Below are positions 44,495 through 54,765 of a DNA stretch of 62,123 nt, piece by piece. Source of the DNA: Escherichia coli (lineage in GTDB: Bacteria > Pseudomonadota > Gammaproteobacteria > Enterobacterales > Enterobacteriaceae); the NCBI RefSeq assembly GCF_003334815.1, contig NZ_QOWO01000026.1. The stretch is one strand, 5' to 3'. Each line of letters opens with the position of its first letter. Positions within the stretch are counted from its first letter, which is position 1. A program made the translations under genes and the position numbers. The notes below the pieces were generated by a model. That model saw only the letters and a program-made list of their open reading frames with translations. It did no database searches and was not told the DNA's origin.

Positions 44495-46120
44495 ATGAAT
44501 ATTTTCACAGAGGCTGCAAAACTCGAAGAGCAAAATTGTCCGTTTGCTATGGCGCAAATTGTTGATAGCCGAGGCTCGACTCCCCGCCATTCTGCACAAA
44601 TGTTAGTGCGCGCCGATGGTTCTATCGTCGGTACAATTGGTGGCGGAATGGTTGAGCGGAAGGTGATTGAAGAGTCGCTTCAGGCATTGCAGGAACGTAA
44701 GCCGCGATTATTCCATGGACGTATGGCTCGTAACGGTGCGGATGCTGTCGGGTCAGATTGTGGAGGTGCAATGTCAGTATTTATCAGCGCCCATGGTATG
44801 CGTCCACGTCTGGTGTTGATTGGCGCGGGGCATGTCAACCGGGCGATAGCCCAGAGTGCGGCGCTATTAGGATTTGATATTGCCGTTGCTGATATTTATC
44901 GCGAAAGCCTCAATCCTGAACTATTCCCACCATCAACCACGCTTCTCCATGCTGAGTCGTTTGGTGCGGCAGTGGAAGCACTGGATATTCGCCCTGATAA
45001 TTTTGTCCTGATTGCCACGAATAATCAGGATCGTGAAGCCCTCGACAAACTCATTGAACAGCCCATTGCATGGTTGGGGTTGCTGGCAAGTCGTCGCAAG
45101 GTTCAGCTTTTCCTGCGTCAATTGCGTGAGAAAGGCGTGGCTGAAGAACATATTGCCCGTTTACATGCGCCCGTTGGTTACAACATAGGTGCGGAAACGC
45201 CGCAGGAGATCGCCATCAGCGTGCTGGCAGAAATATTACAGGTGAAAAATAACGCGCCGGGTGGGCTGATGATGAAACCTTCTCATCCTTCCGGACACCA
45301 GCTGGTGGTGATTCGCGGTGCGGGAGATATCGCCAGTGGTGTGGCGCTACGTCTGTATCATGCGGGTTTTAAAGTGATCATGCTGGAAGTGGAAAAACCG
45401 ACAGTGATTCGTTGTACCGTGGCGTTTGCCCAGGCCGTGTTCGATGGCGAAATGACGGTCGAAGGCGTCACTGCTCGCCTGGCAACCAGCTCTGCGGAAG
45501 CGATGAAACTTACCGAACGCGGATTCATTCCTGTGATGGTAGATCCCGCCTGTTCATTGCTTGATGAACTGAAACCGCTTTGCGTGGTGGACGCTATTCT
45601 GGCGAAACAGAATTTGGGAACGCGGGCAGATATGGCACCAGTAACAATCGCGCTTGGGCCGGGCTTTACTGCTGGGAAGGATTGTCATGCGGTAATTGAA
45701 ACAAATCGCGGGCACTGGCTCGGTCAGGTGATTTACTCTGGTTGTGCGCAGGAGAATACCGGTGTTCCTGGCAATATTATGGGGCATACCACCCGACGGG
45801 TGATCCGTGCTCCTGCTGCAGGCATTATGCGATCCAACGTGAAATTAGGCGATCTGGTGAAAGAGGGCGATGTGATTGCCTGGATTGGTGAGCATGAAAT
45901 TAAAGCACCGTTGACGGGGATGGTGCGTGGCTTGTTGAACGACGGCCTGGCAGTGGTTGGTGGTTTTAAAATTGGTGATATCGATCCTCGTGGTGAAACC
46001 GCTGATTTCACCAGCGTTTCTGATAAAGCCCGGGCGATTGGCGGCGGCGTACTTGAGGCGTTAATGATGTTGATGCATCAGGGCGTGAAAGCGACAAAAG
46101 AAGTGCTGGAAGTGGCTTAA
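44495..46120 (+). CDS. yqeB: XdhC/CoxI-family accessory protein YqeB
   Basis: 541 aa, with an XdhC/CoxF-like N-terminus and a Rossmann-like domain. Confidence 0.8.
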   Translation: MNIFTEAAKLEEQNCPFAMAQIVDSRGSTPRHSAQMLVRADGSIVGTIGGGMVERKVIEESLQALQERKPRLFHGRMARNGADAVGSDCGGAMSVFISAHGMRPRLVLIGAGHVNRAIAQSAALLGFDIAVADIYRESLNPELFPPSTTLLHAESFGAAVEALDIRPDNFVLIATNNQDREALDKLIEQPIAWLGLLASRRKVQLFLRQLREKGVAEEHIARLHAPVGYNIGAETPQEIAISVLAEILQVKNNAPGGLMMKPSHPSGHQLVVIRGAGDIASGVALRLYHAGFKVIMLEVEKPTVIRCTVAFAQAVFDGEMTVEGVTARLATSSAEAMKLTERGFIPVMVDPACSLLDELKPLCVVDAILAKQNLGTRADMAPVTIALGPGFTAGKDCHAVIETNRGHWLGQVIYSGCAQENTGVPGNIMGHTTRRVIRAPAAGIMRSNVKLGDLVKEGDVIAWIGEHEIKAPLTGMVRGLLNDGLAVVGGFKIGDIDPRGETADFTSVSDKARAIGGGVLEALMMLMHQGVKATKEVLEVA

Positions 46121-46340
46121 ATGAAAATGGCCGGATGGTATTACCCACCCGGCCTGAGACTGATGACAAACGCCAAATTGCCTGATGCGCTACGCTTATC
46201 AGGCCTACAAGTGCATTGCAATCTATTGAATTTGCGATGTTTTGTAGGACGGATAAGGCGCTCGCGCCGCATCCGGCATCAACAAAGCGCACTTACTTGA
46301 CAATCTTTGGCCGGATGGTATTACCCACCCGGCCTTTAAA
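46121..46340. repeat. REP cluster bracketed by a 29-nt direct repeat (ggccggatggtattacccacccggcct at 46131 and 46301)
   Basis: REP units gcctgatgcgctacgcttatcaggcctac and gtaggacggataaggcgctcgcgccgcatccggca. The flanking direct repeats are perfect. Confidence 0.8.
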
Positions 46341-47273
46341 TTACTGACAAATCACCGTTCCTGTTTTGCCTTCAATCCCTTCTTTCGCTTTGCTCAATAC
46401 GGTAATCAGTGCTTCACGACCTGCGCGAGAGCGAGCAAACGAGGCGGCAGCTTCCACTTTAGGCAGCATAGAACCTTTCGCAAAATGACCTTCTTCGATA
46501 AAGCGTTCAGCATCACTTAATGACAGGCGATCGAGCCACTGTTCATTCTCTTTACCGAAGTTAATGGCCACTTTTTCTACCGCAGTCAGAATGATCAGCA
46601 TATCGGCATCAATCATTTCTGCTAAACGGGCGCTGGCCCAGTCTTTATCGATAACCGCGCTGGCACCACGCAGATGGTTACCTTCACGAATAACAGGGAT
46701 ACCACCACCGCCAACGGTGATCACCACCTGACCTGCATCTACCAGAGCTTTAACCGTTTCTTTTTCAATGATATCAACCGGTTTTGGCGAGGCAACAACA
46801 CGGCGATAGCCGCGACCAGCATCTTCTTTCAGAGTGTAACCCTGTTTTGTCAGTTGCTCTGCTTCTTGCTCGGTAAAGAACGAACCGATCGGCTTGGTCG
46901 GGTTGAGGAATGCCGGATCGTTAGCGTCGACTTCGACCTGAGTAACCAGCGTTGCTACAGGTTTATTAATGCCCCGAGAAAGCAGTTCTTCTCTTAAAGC
47001 GTTTTGTAGATCGTAACCAATATAACCCTGGCTTAATGCAACACAGACAGACATCGGCAGCATTGGCGAGTGCGCTTCAGTTTTTGCGGCAGCTTCAAAG
47101 GCCTGGTTAATCATGCCCACCTGCGGCCCGTTACCATGAGTGACGATAACTTCATGTCCCTGGGCAATTAAATCAACAATTGCCTGAGAAGTAATTTTTA
47201 CCGCTTTCATTTGCCCGGCCAGGTCATCGCCCAGCGCATTCCCGCCCAGGGCGAGAACAATTTTCTTACTCAT
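46341..47273 (-). CDS. yqeA: Carbamate kinase-like protein
   Basis: 310 aa, starting MSKKIVLALGGNAL, of the amino-acid kinase family. Confidence 0.88.
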   Translation of the reverse strand: MSKKIVLALGGNALGDDLAGQMKAVKITSQAIVDLIAQGHEVIVTHGNGPQVGMINQAFEAAAKTEAHSPMLPMSVCVALSQGYIGYDLQNALREELLSRGINKPVATLVTQVEVDANDPAFLNPTKPIGSFFTEQEAEQLTKQGYTLKEDAGRGYRRVVASPKPVDIIEKETVKALVDAGQVVITVGGGGIPVIREGNHLRGASAVIDKDWASARLAEMIDADMLIILTAVEKVAINFGKENEQWLDRLSLSDAERFIEEGHFAKGSMLPKVEAAASFARSRAGREALITVLSKAKEGIEGKTGTVICQ

Positions 47274-47320
47274 TTTTCCTCACTCATCATTCTTGATTGT
47301 GTATAGATCCCTGGCAGTGG

Positions 47321-48706
47321 TTAGAGCACGGGAGGGACAAACGGTTTGCGTCGCAGGAAACGACCTCGCCCGGCTTTGCCTGTAAAGGTGCCGTCACAGA
47401 AAATCGTTTCACCACGGGATAAGGTTCTGACAATCGCGCCCTGACAGGTAAAACCCTCCCATGGCGAGTAGTCGGCGTTGTCGTGGAGATGGCGATGCTG
47501 AATTTGTTGGCTCTGACGTGGGTCGATAATCACCACGTCGCCGTCGGAACCGGGCGCTAATAATCCTTTTTGCGGCCACAGGCCAAACAACCTGGCGGGC
47601 ATTGCGCTGGTTAATTCAACAAAGCGTTCCGGTGTTATACGTCCCGTCATCACGCCACTGGAAAACAGTAACTGCATGCGGTTTTCCACACCGGGTAAGC
47701 CATTTGGGCAGCGACTGAAATCGCCTTTAGAAATTTGCAGGCGTTGAGCCATCGAGAAGGTGCAGTGATCGGTTGCCACCACGTCAATCGCACCATCGCT
47801 GATGCCACACCACAGTTTGTCCTGCTCGCGTACGTTACGCAGCGGTGGGCTAAGAATGAACTTCATGCCATCTTCTGTATCGTAACTGCGTTCGTCCAAC
47901 AGGAGATATTGTGGGCAGGTTTCAACCCAGACTGGCTGGTGATTCGCACGGGCAAGACGCAGATAATCCAGACCTAAGCCGTTAGACAGGTGCACGATAT
48001 AGAGCGGGGCGTTACCGGCAATTTGTGCCAGGTTAATCATGCGGGCGATGGCTTCCGCTTCGCATTCCAGAGGGCGACTCAAGGCATGATAGCGCGGCGC
48101 GGTTAACCCTGCGGCGATAAATTCCGCCCGCTTGCTGGCGATAGCCGCATCATTTTCCGGGTGCACGGTGGTCAGCGCGCCGGATTCATGCAAGCGGCGT
48201 AATGCCTGCAAAACCTCGTCATCGTTGAGTTTGTATTGATAGGTTAAATAGAGTTTAAAACTGCTCAGTCCTTCCTCGACCATCATCGGGATTTCGTCGA
48301 GGATTGCGTGATTAATGTGCTGGATCACACCGTGAAAGCTGTAATCGATGACCGCTTTATGGGCGGCATAACCACGATAAACCTCCAGTTGATGGCGTAA
48401 CCGACAGCCGTTTGGGCCAAATCCCATATGGTCAATAATGGTTGTTGTACCGCCACACGCAGCTGCGCGGGTACCGGTAAAAAAATCATCACAACTGCGC
48501 GCGATGCCGACATCAATATTGAAATGCGTATGGACATCCACGCCGCCAGGGAAAACGTAACAGCCAGTGGCATCAATTTCTTCATACGGGAGCTGCGGCG
48601 AAATATTGTTGCCCAACTGGCGAACAATCCCGCTTTCAATCAGCAAATCCTGTTTGGCTTGTCCATCTGCGTTAACGACAGTGCCGTTTTTGATCAATAC
48701 GCGCAT
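47321..48706 (-). CDS. hyuA: D-phenylhydantoinase / dihydropyrimidinase-like cyclic amidohydrolase
   Basis: 461 aa from MRVLIKNGTVV, with the DVHTH metal-binding motif. Confidence 0.88.
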   Translation of the reverse strand: MRVLIKNGTVVNADGQAKQDLLIESGIVRQLGNNISPQLPYEEIDATGCYVFPGGVDVHTHFNIDVGIARSCDDFFTGTRAAACGGTTTIIDHMGFGPNGCRLRHQLEVYRGYAAHKAVIDYSFHGVIQHINHAILDEIPMMVEEGLSSFKLYLTYQYKLNDDEVLQALRRLHESGALTTVHPENDAAIASKRAEFIAAGLTAPRYHALSRPLECEAEAIARMINLAQIAGNAPLYIVHLSNGLGLDYLRLARANHQPVWVETCPQYLLLDERSYDTEDGMKFILSPPLRNVREQDKLWCGISDGAIDVVATDHCTFSMAQRLQISKGDFSRCPNGLPGVENRMQLLFSSGVMTGRITPERFVELTSAMPARLFGLWPQKGLLAPGSDGDVVIIDPRQSQQIQHRHLHDNADYSPWEGFTCQGAIVRTLSRGETIFCDGTFTGKAGRGRFLRRKPFVPPVL

Positions 48707-48758
48707 AGCAAACTCCAAAAACCCTCCGGCGAACCGGAGGGGAATAAGTGAAGAGTAA

Positions 48759-49970
48759 TTACTCTGTTGCCAGCCAGCTTAACGGGATTGCAGCGTACAT
48801 CGCGGCACAGGTCACCAGGTGAGATTTCCAGGTTTTTTCGTTAGGTGCATGCGCTTCAGGTTCTTTACCCGGGCCAAAGCCGATCACCGGAATGCCGTGA
48901 CGGCCCATGATAGATACGCCGTTAGTTGAGAAGGTCCACTTATCAACAACCGGCGCTTTGCCAAACAGCCCTTCGTAGGCATTCACCAGTGCTTTAACGG
49001 TGAAGTGATCTTCTTCCACTTTCCAGGTCGGGAAGTAGCATTCGGTTGGGTAAACCAGGCCAGTCCAGGACGGACGGTCGTAGTTGTACATAGAAACAAC
49101 CGCGTTAGCTTTCTGTACTGCAGGCAGGGCGCGGATTTCGTCCAGCGCGCCTTCCCAGGTTTCGCCCCAGGTCAGACGACGGTCGATTGAAACTGCGCAG
49201 CTGTCTGCTACAGCGCAACGGCTTGGGGATGTGAAGAAGATTTCAGAAACGGTGAGGGTGCCTTTGCCGAGGAATTCGTCATAACCCAGACGTTGGGAGA
49301 GTTCTTGTAATTCGCCAAGAATCGGACCCATTTTGAAAATGGCGTTATCACCGCGTTCTGGTGCAGAACCGTGGCAGCTAACACCCTGAACATCAATACG
49401 AATTTCCATACGACCGCGCTGACCACGGTATACCTGGCAGTCGGTTGGTTCGGTACTGACCACAAATTCCGGGCGAATGCCGGATTGTTCAATAATGTAC
49501 TGCCAGCACAGACCGTCGCAGTCTTCTTCCTGCACCGTACCGGTAACCAGCAGGGTATATTCATCTTCCAGACCGAGGTCTTTAATGATTTTACCGGCAT
49601 AAACCATAGAGGCCATGCCACCTTCCTGGTCGGAAGTACCGCGACCACCAATCAGTTCATCAGTTTCCATGCCTTCGTACGGATCGAAGTCCCAGTTTTT
49701 GATGTTGCCAATGCCGACGGTATCGATATGAGCGTCCATTGCCACCAGACGCGGGCCGTGGCCGATATAACCGAGAACGTTGCCCATCGGGTCGATTTCA
49801 ACTTTATCGAAGCCGACTTTTTCCATCTCTTCTTTAATACGATGTACTACGCGTTTCTCGTCGCAGCTTTCACTGGGAATAGCAACCATGTCGCGCAGGA
49901 AGCGAGTCATATCCGCCTGGTAATCTTTTGCTTTTTCAAGAATCAGTTTGAATGGAATATTCTTAGCCAT
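48759..49970 (-). CDS. ygeY: M20 family peptidase/deacylase
   Basis: 403 aa with ArgE/DapE-like motifs. Confidence 0.85.
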
Positions 49971-50027
49971 TATTTTTCTCCAGATTTTTTACTCCCCGTT
50001 TTGCAGGGAGCAGTTCCAATAGGGTGA

Positions 50028-51224
50028 TTAAGGTGCTACAGCGTGTTTGCCTTCCCAGACAACTTCGCGGTAGTGCTTCACGTCGGTGTCGCCTTCAGTG
50101 CTGATAACCAGCACCACGGCATCTTTGTTCAGCGCCAGTTTTTCCATCAGGCTTTGACGTTGCGGGTGATAATGAACCGCTGCGAGAACGCCCAAACCGA
50201 CAGCGCCGGATTCACCGGAGATGATGCGCGGGTCGTTGCCGTACGGATTACCCAGCACGCGCATACCTAATGCGGCAACGCTGTCCTGGCAGGAGATGAA
50301 TTGGGTGGCGCAGTTACGTAGGATTTCCCAGCCCAGCGGGTTAGGTTCGCCACAGGCCAGGCCTGCCATGATGGTGGCCATATCACCGCCAACGTTGACG
50401 ATGTCGCCTTTGACGCCGGAGCGATAAATACAGTCAGCTTTGTCAGGTTCAACAATAATGCTGTGCAGATTTTGCGGGCTATAGACGTCGACCAGATAAC
50501 CCAGCACACCACCGGCCATTGCTCCGACACCGGCTTGCAGCAGAACGTGCGTCGGGGTTACGCCCATTTCACGCATTTGCTCGACGGCTTCATCTGCCAG
50601 GGTTGCGTAGCCTTGCATGATCCAGGTTGGGATTTTGGTGTAACCTTCCCATGCCGTGTCCTGTACCACTTCCCAGCCGTGCTGCTGCGCGTGTTGCATG
50701 GTCAGGCGAACGGTATCGTCATAGTTCATATCCGTGACGATGCACTCGGCACCGAGGTTCAGAATGGCGTCAACGCGTTCCTGAGCAGAACCTTTCGGCA
50801 TGTAAATCACCGCATTCTGTCCGAGTTGCTGTGCTGCCCACGCCACACCGCGCCCGTGGTTGCCGTCGGTGGTGGTCGCGAAAGTCATTTTTTCGCCGAT
50901 GGCATTTTTCAGGTGCTCAAATGACAGCGTTTCGATATCAAGATGATATTTTTCACACAATAATTGAGCGATGGCGTACGCACCGCCAAGCATTTTGAAG
51001 GCGTTCAGACCGAATCGTTTTGATTCGTCTTTGACGAGAATTTTCTTCACACCAAAAAGGTTTGCGAGATCGTCCAGCGCACAAAGCGGTGTTGGGCGAT
51101 AACCAGCTATTTTCTGGTGGAACTGGCGCGCCAGTTTGGCCTGGCTTTGCGAAAAGAGCGGTGATGTTTCGCCGTTGAAAAATTTGTTATCGGCGATATC
51201 AATCTTCAATGAGAAAACGGACAT
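50028..51224 (-). CDS. ygeX: PLP-dependent diaminopropionate ammonia-lyase
   Basis: 398 aa with a tryptophan synthase beta-like fold. The PLP lysine lies within FGLNAFKMLGG. Confidence 0.88.
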   Translation of the reverse strand: MSVFSLKIDIADNKFFNGETSPLFSQSQAKLARQFHQKIAGYRPTPLCALDDLANLFGVKKILVKDESKRFGLNAFKMLGGAYAIAQLLCEKYHLDIETLSFEHLKNAIGEKMTFATTTDGNHGRGVAWAAQQLGQNAVIYMPKGSAQERVDAILNLGAECIVTDMNYDDTVRLTMQHAQQHGWEVVQDTAWEGYTKIPTWIMQGYATLADEAVEQMREMGVTPTHVLLQAGVGAMAGGVLGYLVDVYSPQNLHSIIVEPDKADCIYRSGVKGDIVNVGGDMATIMAGLACGEPNPLGWEILRNCATQFISCQDSVAALGMRVLGNPYGNDPRIISGESGAVGLGVLAAVHYHPQRQSLMEKLALNKDAVVLVISTEGDTDVKHYREVVWEGKHAVAP

Positions 51225-51281
51225 ATCCTATCCTTTTGGCCTCTGGAAATAGAGGGCCGACCAGCTGATCGGCCCGAGGGG

Positions 51282-52472
51282 TTATTTCACGCGTTCTTGC
51301 GCTTCTTTCAGCAGTTGCTCGAGCAGTGCACCTGGTTTGGCGTATTTACGGGACAGGATCATCGCGGCGATGATATAAGGCTTCCAGCTGGCTTCTTTGT
51401 AGGTAGCGATACGGTATTTTTCGAATACGCCTTCAGTCACTTCACCTTCTTTACAGGATACGCCGCTGATATCAGCTGGCAGGCAGTGCATGTACAGGGC
51501 TTCGCCATCACGGGTCAGTTCCATCATCTCTTCAGTACAATGCCAGTCTTTGTGTTGCGCGTTCTGTGCCAGACACTGTTTTTCCAGTGCTTTTAAGCCT
51601 TCGTGATCGTTCGCACGCAGCAATTCAGTACGCTCTTCCATCACTTTGTAAGGTGCCCATGACTTCGGATAAACGATGTCTGCGTCTTTGAAGGCTTCTT
51701 CCATGCTGGTGACCTGACGGAAGCTACCACCGGAGGCTTTAGCATTGTTTTTCGCCACTTCAACCACATCCGGGATCAGGTCGTAGCCTTCCGGATGGGC
51801 CAGGGTGACATCCATACCGAAGCGAGTCATCAGACCGATGATGCCTTGTGGTACAGAGAGCGGTTTGCCATAGCTTGGAGAGTAGGCCCAGGTCATGGCG
51901 ATTTTTTTACCTTTCAGGTTTTCCAGTGAACCAAAGTGTTCACGTAACCACGCGAGGTCAGCCATTGACTGAGTCGGGTGGTCAATATCGCATTGCAGGT
52001 TCACTAAAGCCGGACGCTGTGGCAGTACACCCTGCTTGTAACCGTCATCAAGTGCAGCGCCAACTTCACGCATATAGGCGTTGCCTGCGCCCAGATACAT
52101 ATCGTCGCGAATACCAATAGCGTCGGCGCAGAAGGAGATCATATTGGCGGTTTCACGCACGGTTTCGCCGTGAGCGATTTGTGATTTGCCTTCGTCGAGA
52201 TCTTGTTGTGCAAGGCCGAGCAGGTTAAGCGCGGAAGCATAAGAGAAGCGGGTACGGGTGGAGTTGTCGCGGAATACGGAAATACCTAATCCACTATTAA
52301 AGACTTTGGTTGAGATGTTTTCAGCACGCAGTGCTTTTAATGCTGCGGCAACGTCCAGTACTTGTTTCAGTTCATCTGGCGTCTGTTCCCACGTTAACAA
52401 AAAATCTTTCTCGTGAAGGTGAGAGGTCAGCGAATTGATATCCTTAATCAGCTCATTAACAGTTTTCATCAT
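51282..52472 (-). CDS. ygeW: Carbamoyltransferase (OTC/ATC-like; oxamate/unknown-substrate transcarbamylase)
   Basis: 396 aa with the STRTR carbamoyl-phosphate binding motif and the HCLP motif. Confidence 0.88.
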   Translation of the reverse strand: MMKTVNELIKDINSLTSHLHEKDFLLTWEQTPDELKQVLDVAAALKALRAENISTKVFNSGLGISVFRDNSTRTRFSYASALNLLGLAQQDLDEGKSQIAHGETVRETANMISFCADAIGIRDDMYLGAGNAYMREVGAALDDGYKQGVLPQRPALVNLQCDIDHPTQSMADLAWLREHFGSLENLKGKKIAMTWAYSPSYGKPLSVPQGIIGLMTRFGMDVTLAHPEGYDLIPDVVEVAKNNAKASGGSFRQVTSMEEAFKDADIVYPKSWAPYKVMEERTELLRANDHEGLKALEKQCLAQNAQHKDWHCTEEMMELTRDGEALYMHCLPADISGVSCKEGEVTEGVFEKYRIATYKEASWKPYIIAAMILSRKYAKPGALLEQLLKEAQERVK

Positions 52473-52562
52473 AAAGTCCCGGTAGTGGAATGACAGGCAA
52501 AGTGGTTTATTTCACTGTGACTTGCCAAAGTGATTGGTGTTTTCACAGCTATACCTGGGACT

Positions 52563-52578
52563 AACAATAAGTGTGCCA
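52563..52578 (-). promoter_or_regulatory. Candidate sigma54 (-24/-12) promoter for the ygeW-ygeX-ygeY-hyuA-yqeA operon
   Basis: On the minus strand, cTGGCACacttaTTGTt has a perfect -24 TGGCAC, but the -12 element is TTGT rather than TTGC. It lies about 95 nt upstream of the ygeW ATG and is divergent from the sigma54 activator gene ygeV. Confidence 0.4.
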
Positions 52579-52947
52579 GAATTATCCGCGCGGCTGCAAA
52601 AGACTAATTTGACGGATAATGTGTGGGGTTGATCACAAATTGATGCCAGCTTCTGGTTGTTTGTAAAATACGAAAACGTTTGGCTTTTTTTATCGCGTTA
52701 TTTATTTGCTGCTAAGTATCAGAAATAAGATAAAGGGGCAGGCTATCTCTCTTCAGTTTGATAAACTCACCGCCGTAATTCTCATATTGATATAGAAATG
52801 TGATATCTCTTCCATAATTTCATTAGAAAATGATAAAAATCTTATGTTTTTATCAAAGCCAATTTCGCCTGAGTTAATATCATCATGATCTGTGAACCAT
52901 CAACGTCTTCAATGATCGACTTTTAAGTAAGTCTGGAAGGTAAAGCT

Positions 52948-54726
52948 ATGGAGCTTGCTACTACGCAGTCAGTATTGATGCAAATTCAACCGACAATTCA
53001 GCGTTTTGCCAGAATGCTTGCCAGCGTTTTGCAGCTTGAGGTTGAGATCGTTGATGAAAACTTGTGTCGCGTTGCCGGAACGGGCGCGTATGGGAAGTTT
53101 CTTGGTCGCCAGTTGAGCGGCAACTCACGCCTGCTCCGCCACGTCCTGGAAACGAAAACTGAAAAAGTTGTGACACAGTCTCGCTTCGATCCCCTTTGCG
53201 AAGGTTGCGATAGTAAAGAAAATTGCCGCGAAAAAGCATTTCTGGGTACGCCTGTCATTTTACAGGATCGTTGTGTTGGGGTGATAAGTTTGATTGCCGT
53301 TACCCACGAGCAACAAGAGCATATCAGTGATAATTTACGCGAATTTTCTGATTATGTTCGCCATATATCCACCATTTTTGTTTCGAAACTTCTGGAGGAT
53401 CAGGGGCCAGGAGATAACATCAGTAAAATATTTGCGACCATGATCGATAATATGGATCAGGGCGTATTAGTTGTAGATGATGAAAATCGGGTTCAGTTTG
53501 TTAATCAGACTGCCTTAAAAACACTTGGTGTTGTGCAAAATAATATTATTGGGAAACCTATCCGTTTCAGACCATTAACATTTGAGAGTAATTTTACCCA
53601 TGGACATATGCAGCATATTGTTTCATGGGACGATAAAAGTGAATTAATCATTGGTCAATTGCATAACATTCAGGGCCGACAATTATTTTTAATGGCGTTT
53701 CACCAATCGCATACCAGTTTTTCTGTAGCAAATGCACCTGATGAACCGCATATTGAACAATTGGTTGGCGAGTGCCGTGTTATGCGGCAATTAAAACGAC
53801 TCATTAGCCGTATTGCACCCAGCCCATCCAGCGTTATGGTGGTTGGTGAAAGCGGCACGGGTAAAGAAGTCGTCGCCCGTGCAATCCATAAGTTGAGCGG
53901 AAGACGGAATAAACCCTTTATTGCTATCAACTGTGCCGCGATTCCGGAGCAGCTTCTGGAGAGCGAACTGTTCGGTTATGTTAAAGGTGCATTTACTGGC
54001 GCTTCTGCCAACGGTAAAACAGGGTTGATTCAGGCGGCGAATACGGGCACGCTGTTTCTCGATGAAATAGGTGATATGCCATTAATGTTGCAGGCTAAAT
54101 TACTGCGCGCTATTGAGGCACGTGAAATTCTGCCGATTGGTGCCAGTAGCCCAATACAAGTCGACATTCGCATCATTTCTGCAACTAATCAGAATTTGGC
54201 CCAGTTCATTGCCGAAGGTAAATTCCGCGAAGATCTCTTCTACCGACTTAATGTTATCCCGATAACTCTGCCACCGCTGCGTGAACGTCAGGAAGATATT
54301 GAACTATTGGTGCATTACTTTTTACATCTGCATACCCGTCGTCTGGGATCGGTTTATCCTGGCATTGCTCCCGATGTCGTCGAAATATTGCGTAAGCATC
54401 GTTGGCCCGGAAACCTGCGCGAGTTAAGCAATTTGATGGAATATCTGGTTAACGTGGTTCCTTCAGGTGAAGTTATCGACAGCACGCTATTGCCGCCAAA
54501 TCTGCTGAATAATGGCACAACGGAGCAAAGTGATGTAACAGAGGTCAGTGAGGCGCACCTGTCACTCGATGATGCGGGCGGCACGGCGCTGGAGGAGATG
54601 GAAAAGCAAATGATCCGCGAGGCGCTTTCACGTCATAACAGCAAGAAGCAAGTTGCTGATGAACTGGGCATCGGCATTGCTACGCTCTATCGCAAGATTA
54701 AGAAATATGAGTTGTTAAACACATAA
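52948..54726 (+). CDS. ygeV: Sigma54-dependent transcriptional activator (bacterial enhancer-binding protein)
   Basis: 592 aa with the AAA+ Walker A motif GESGTGKE, the GAFTGA sigma54-contact motif and a C-terminal HTH. Confidence 0.92.
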   Translation: MELATTQSVLMQIQPTIQRFARMLASVLQLEVEIVDENLCRVAGTGAYGKFLGRQLSGNSRLLRHVLETKTEKVVTQSRFDPLCEGCDSKENCREKAFLGTPVILQDRCVGVISLIAVTHEQQEHISDNLREFSDYVRHISTIFVSKLLEDQGPGDNISKIFATMIDNMDQGVLVVDDENRVQFVNQTALKTLGVVQNNIIGKPIRFRPLTFESNFTHGHMQHIVSWDDKSELIIGQLHNIQGRQLFLMAFHQSHTSFSVANAPDEPHIEQLVGECRVMRQLKRLISRIAPSPSSVMVVGESGTGKEVVARAIHKLSGRRNKPFIAINCAAIPEQLLESELFGYVKGAFTGASANGKTGLIQAANTGTLFLDEIGDMPLMLQAKLLRAIEAREILPIGASSPIQVDIRIISATNQNLAQFIAEGKFREDLFYRLNVIPITLPPLRERQEDIELLVHYFLHLHTRRLGSVYPGIAPDVVEILRKHRWPGNLRELSNLMEYLVNVVPSGEVIDSTLLPPNLLNNGTTEQSDVTEVSEAHLSLDDAGGTALEEMEKQMIREALSRHNSKKQVADELGIGIATLYRKIKKYELLNT

Positions 54727-54735
54727 CCTCAGTGA

Positions 54736-54759
54736 ATCCGGCCTGAATTCAGGCCGGAT
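54736..54759. terminator. Bidirectional terminator between convergent ygeV and xdhC
   Basis: atccggcctgaattcaggccggat forms a perfect palindrome and is flanked by T-runs. Confidence 0.75.
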
Positions 54760-54765
54760 ATCCTT

